Below, piece by piece: positions 61,557 to 64,000 of a DNA stretch of 64,000 bases. Within the stretch, counting starts at the first letter, position 1; each line of letters begins with the position of its first letter. Under the pieces are notes generated by a model, which was not told the DNA's origin, searched no databases, and worked only from the letters and a program-made list of their open reading frames with translations. A program made the position numbers and the translations under genes. Location of the stretch: positions 2,816,001-2,880,000 of the forward strand of contig CP182352.1 in NCBI GenBank assembly GCA_048571215.1. The letters run 5' to 3'. This stretch comes from Halarcobacter sp. Its GTDB lineage: Bacteria > Campylobacterota > Campylobacteria > Campylobacterales > Arcobacteraceae.

Positions 61557-63635
61557 TCATATATACCAACTTCTTAAATTAAAATCTTCAAAATCCAAAA
61601 CAATATCATCATATAAAGGAAACTGTTGTACTCTTTTATCATCAACTAAAAGTTCAAACATGAAATTTATCTTTTCATCCTTTATATCATACAGCTTTAT
61701 CTCAACAGCTTTATCATATGCTATATCAAACTCTATATTATTTAAAACTATTAAATCTTTACCTTTTTTAATATCTATACTAAACTCTTGATTATTTAAT
61801 TGCAATTTTAAGACTAGCTTTTGTTTTATTGTATTTAGTTTATCTGCTTTAAAATATAAATAAAGATTTCCTAATTTGTCTTTTCCATAATATAATGCTT
61901 CCACTAAAGAGGAAGAGGAATCCATTGTACTAAACTCTTTTTTAATATCAATAAAACCACTATTTAACCACTCAAAAAAGTTACTCATATTTCCATCAAC
62001 AAAAGGAGTAATAAAATCAGTTGGTTTTATATGTCCACTATCTTTTTTAACTTTTTTTACTATTGGCATAAAAATCTCTGATGGTATCTCCAAGTCAAGA
62101 AGTTTATAAATATTTTTTAAATGAGCTCTAAACTGTTCATCAAATTGATGATTTAATTCCGTAAAATGATCATCTCCATACCACCAAAACCAATCACTTC
62201 CTAAAGCTATTAAAAACTCTCGTTCAACTTTCTTTATAACACTTTCATCAAGTTGATCTTTTAACTCTTCAAAATTTTGTTTTGTTAAATCAAGAAGTTC
62301 CCAAGCTTTGTTTTTTTCACTTGAACCTATCCAAATATCAAAATTCCCATTTATCCAACTACCTGTTGCTAGTTTTGGTAATTCAACTTGTTGTATTGGC
62401 AACTTTGAAACCTCATCAAATAAAACTGTTTCACACCACTCTTGTTCATTTATAAGTCTATATAGATTTTCAAAGAAATCTTGTGCATTGTTTGGGTAAA
62501 ACTCCCAAGCGTTTTCACCATCTAAAATAACCGATACCAAAGTAGAATCATTTGCATTTAGATAGATATTTTTAAGATGAGAAATAAAATCCTGAGCAGC
62601 CTGTAAAGATTCTTTTTTACTATATTCAAACCCTATTAAATCACTAAGATATTTATCCCTAAAAAAAAGGTTTATATCTTGTCTTTCACCCTTTAAAAAA
62701 TAGGGTTTGTATAAATCCTCTTTATTGTGAGTATTTATAGATTTAAATAAAATCTCCTCATCAGTTGCTACCCATTTTATATTATTTGATTGCAATAGTT
62801 CTAAGGTTTTCATACTAACACTCCCCTCTGATGGCCAAAAACCAACTGGGGCATAATCAAACTTTTCTTTAAAAAAATCTACTGCCTTACTAACTTGTAG
62901 TTTTGCATACTCTTCATAGTTCTCAAAACTATTTGGCAATACAACGCCACTTTTAGCCTCTTTTGCACTGTTTCTATCAAGCAATAAAGGTAAAATAGGA
63001 TGATAAAAAGGTGTTGTTGAGATAGCTATTTGATTTGTTTGGGCTAACTTTTTATAATAAGGAACTATTTTTGATAAAAAATCATATAGTTCATCTAAGA
63101 GTTCTATCTTTTGTTCATGGGAATAATTAGACCCTTGGGTGATTAAACTTTTGATTAGATATGAGTTTTCCCTTAAATAGTTTCCACACCAACTAAGCAA
63201 AAACAAAACTTGCAATTCATTTAATTCTTGATAGCTAAATTGGTCTAAAGAGTTTGAGTTTGACTTATATTTCAATAATAGTTCATGATACCTATTAAGG
63301 GGTTTTATCATATTTTTTTCATTTGATAAAAATAAAAACTCTTCTAAAAACTGAAGCTCTTCAATCTTTAGACTTCCCACATCTTTTTTTATTATATTTA
63401 TAAGTTTATCGTTTGCTTTTCTATCAATATATTCATCAATTTGTAACATTAAAGAGGGAACTAAGTTAAATGTAGCCTTTATATTTGGAAATTTTTCCAA
63501 ATACCAAGGCATATCATAATAATCTTTTATTGCATGCAAAAATACCCAAGGCATTAAAGTAGTATTTGAAAGATTATCCTTATAGTATGGTTGGTGCATA
63601 TGCCATAAAAATGACAGATATAATTTTTTACTCAC
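61557..63635 (-). CDS. GH57 amylopullulanase/alpha-amylase-type protein
   Basis: WHMHQPYY, HPILPLL, WPSEGSVS, LDGENAWEFY, GSDWFWWYG. Confidence 0.9.
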   Translation of the reverse strand: MSKKLYLSFLWHMHQPYYKDNLSNTTLMPWVFLHAIKDYYDMPWYLEKFPNIKATFNLVPSLMLQIDEYIDRKANDKLINIIKKDVGSLKIEELQFLEEFLFLSNEKNMIKPLNRYHELLLKYKSNSNSLDQFSYQELNELQVLFLLSWCGNYLRENSYLIKSLITQGSNYSHEQKIELLDELYDFLSKIVPYYKKLAQTNQIAISTTPFYHPILPLLLDRNSAKEAKSGVVLPNSFENYEEYAKLQVSKAVDFFKEKFDYAPVGFWPSEGSVSMKTLELLQSNNIKWVATDEEILFKSINTHNKEDLYKPYFLKGERQDINLFFRDKYLSDLIGFEYSKKESLQAAQDFISHLKNIYLNANDSTLVSVILDGENAWEFYPNNAQDFFENLYRLINEQEWCETVLFDEVSKLPIQQVELPKLATGSWINGNFDIWIGSSEKNKAWELLDLTKQNFEELKDQLDESVIKKVEREFLIALGSDWFWWYGDDHFTELNHQFDEQFRAHLKNIYKLLDLEIPSEIFMPIVKKVKKDSGHIKPTDFITPFVDGNMSNFFEWLNSGFIDIKKEFSTMDSSSSLVEALYYGKDKLGNLYLYFKADKLNTIKQKLVLKLQLNNQEFSIDIKKGKDLIVLNNIEFDIAYDKAVEIKLYDIKDEKINFMFELLVDDKRVQQFPLYDDIVLDFEDFNLRSWYI

Positions 63636-64000
63636 TTATCCACTTTTCTATTTTATCTTGATATCTATAAAAAATCTTTCCAGCTTTTTTTTCATCTTCT
63701 GCTTGAACATAAAGATTTAAAAATTCATTATACTGATCAGGAACCATCAATACCCACTCATCATCACTGAAAATTATTTTAACTCCATCTACTGAAGATG
63801 TTTTATAGTTTTTACCATCTTCTAAAAACTTCCTCATCATTTTCCCTTTTAGTGCACTAGGACAAGGTATGTTTTCACCTTTATAACAAAATTCTGGAAT
63901 CTTTGAGATGATTTTTGAAAGATTTTTATCAGATTTTTTAATAAGTTCCAAAATCTTGAAACTTGCAAAAATAGAATCTCTATTTAATCCAAATTCACTA
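63628..64000 (-). CDS. C-terminus of a phosphohexomutase-domain protein (nucleotidyltransferase/PMM fusion type), 5' end outside window
   Basis: Frame open to window edge; CPSALKGKMMR, DGVKI, WVLMVPD domain-4 pattern. Confidence 0.7.
   Translation of the reverse strand, partial: SEFGLNRDSIFASFKILELIKKSDKNLSKIISKIPEFCYKGENIPCPSALKGKMMRKFLEDGKNYKTSSVDGVKIIFSDDEWVLMVPDQYNEFLNLYVQAEDEKKAGKIFYRYQDKIEKWISE

Noticed and set aside
2399..62499. Numerous short antisense or nested ORFs in the track (e.g. 3608..4111, 27272..27622, 39665..40192)
   Set aside because: Shadow frames of well-supported genes, no motifs or RBS

Overview
AT-rich chromosomal window from a Campylobacterota bacterium, most likely Arcobacteraceae (inferred from gene content and protein style). 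The core backbone is: DUF3373-like outer-membrane protein, thrS-infC-rpmI-rplT, a periplasmic sulfur-metabolism cluster (triple rhodanese, PsrABC-like molybdoenzyme, c-type cytochromes, Tat-exported SQR-like flavoprotein, mobA), leuC, lspA-glmM, rpsT-prfA, a pst/pho locus with an EAL-CBS-GGDEF gene inside it, rplM-rpsI, two adjacent pyruvate oxidoreductase systems (nifJ and porCDAB), and a glycogen/alpha-glucan cluster built on GH57 enzymes. The most interesting part is an accessory island at about 5.4-15.8 kb, right after rplT. It holds two copies of a module made of tandem ~600-bp highly structured non-coding repeats, a ~260-bp leader, an attI-like site and integron gene cassettes with attC sites, and no integrase is present in the window. 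Each repeat unit is a convergent pair of distantly related hairpin modules with compensatory stem changes. One repeat copy is interrupted by an IS110 element whose non-coding left end contains readable bridge-RNA guide segments matching both the repeat (target) and the IS ends (donor). All calls come from reading the sequence and ORF translations; no searches or folding programs were run.
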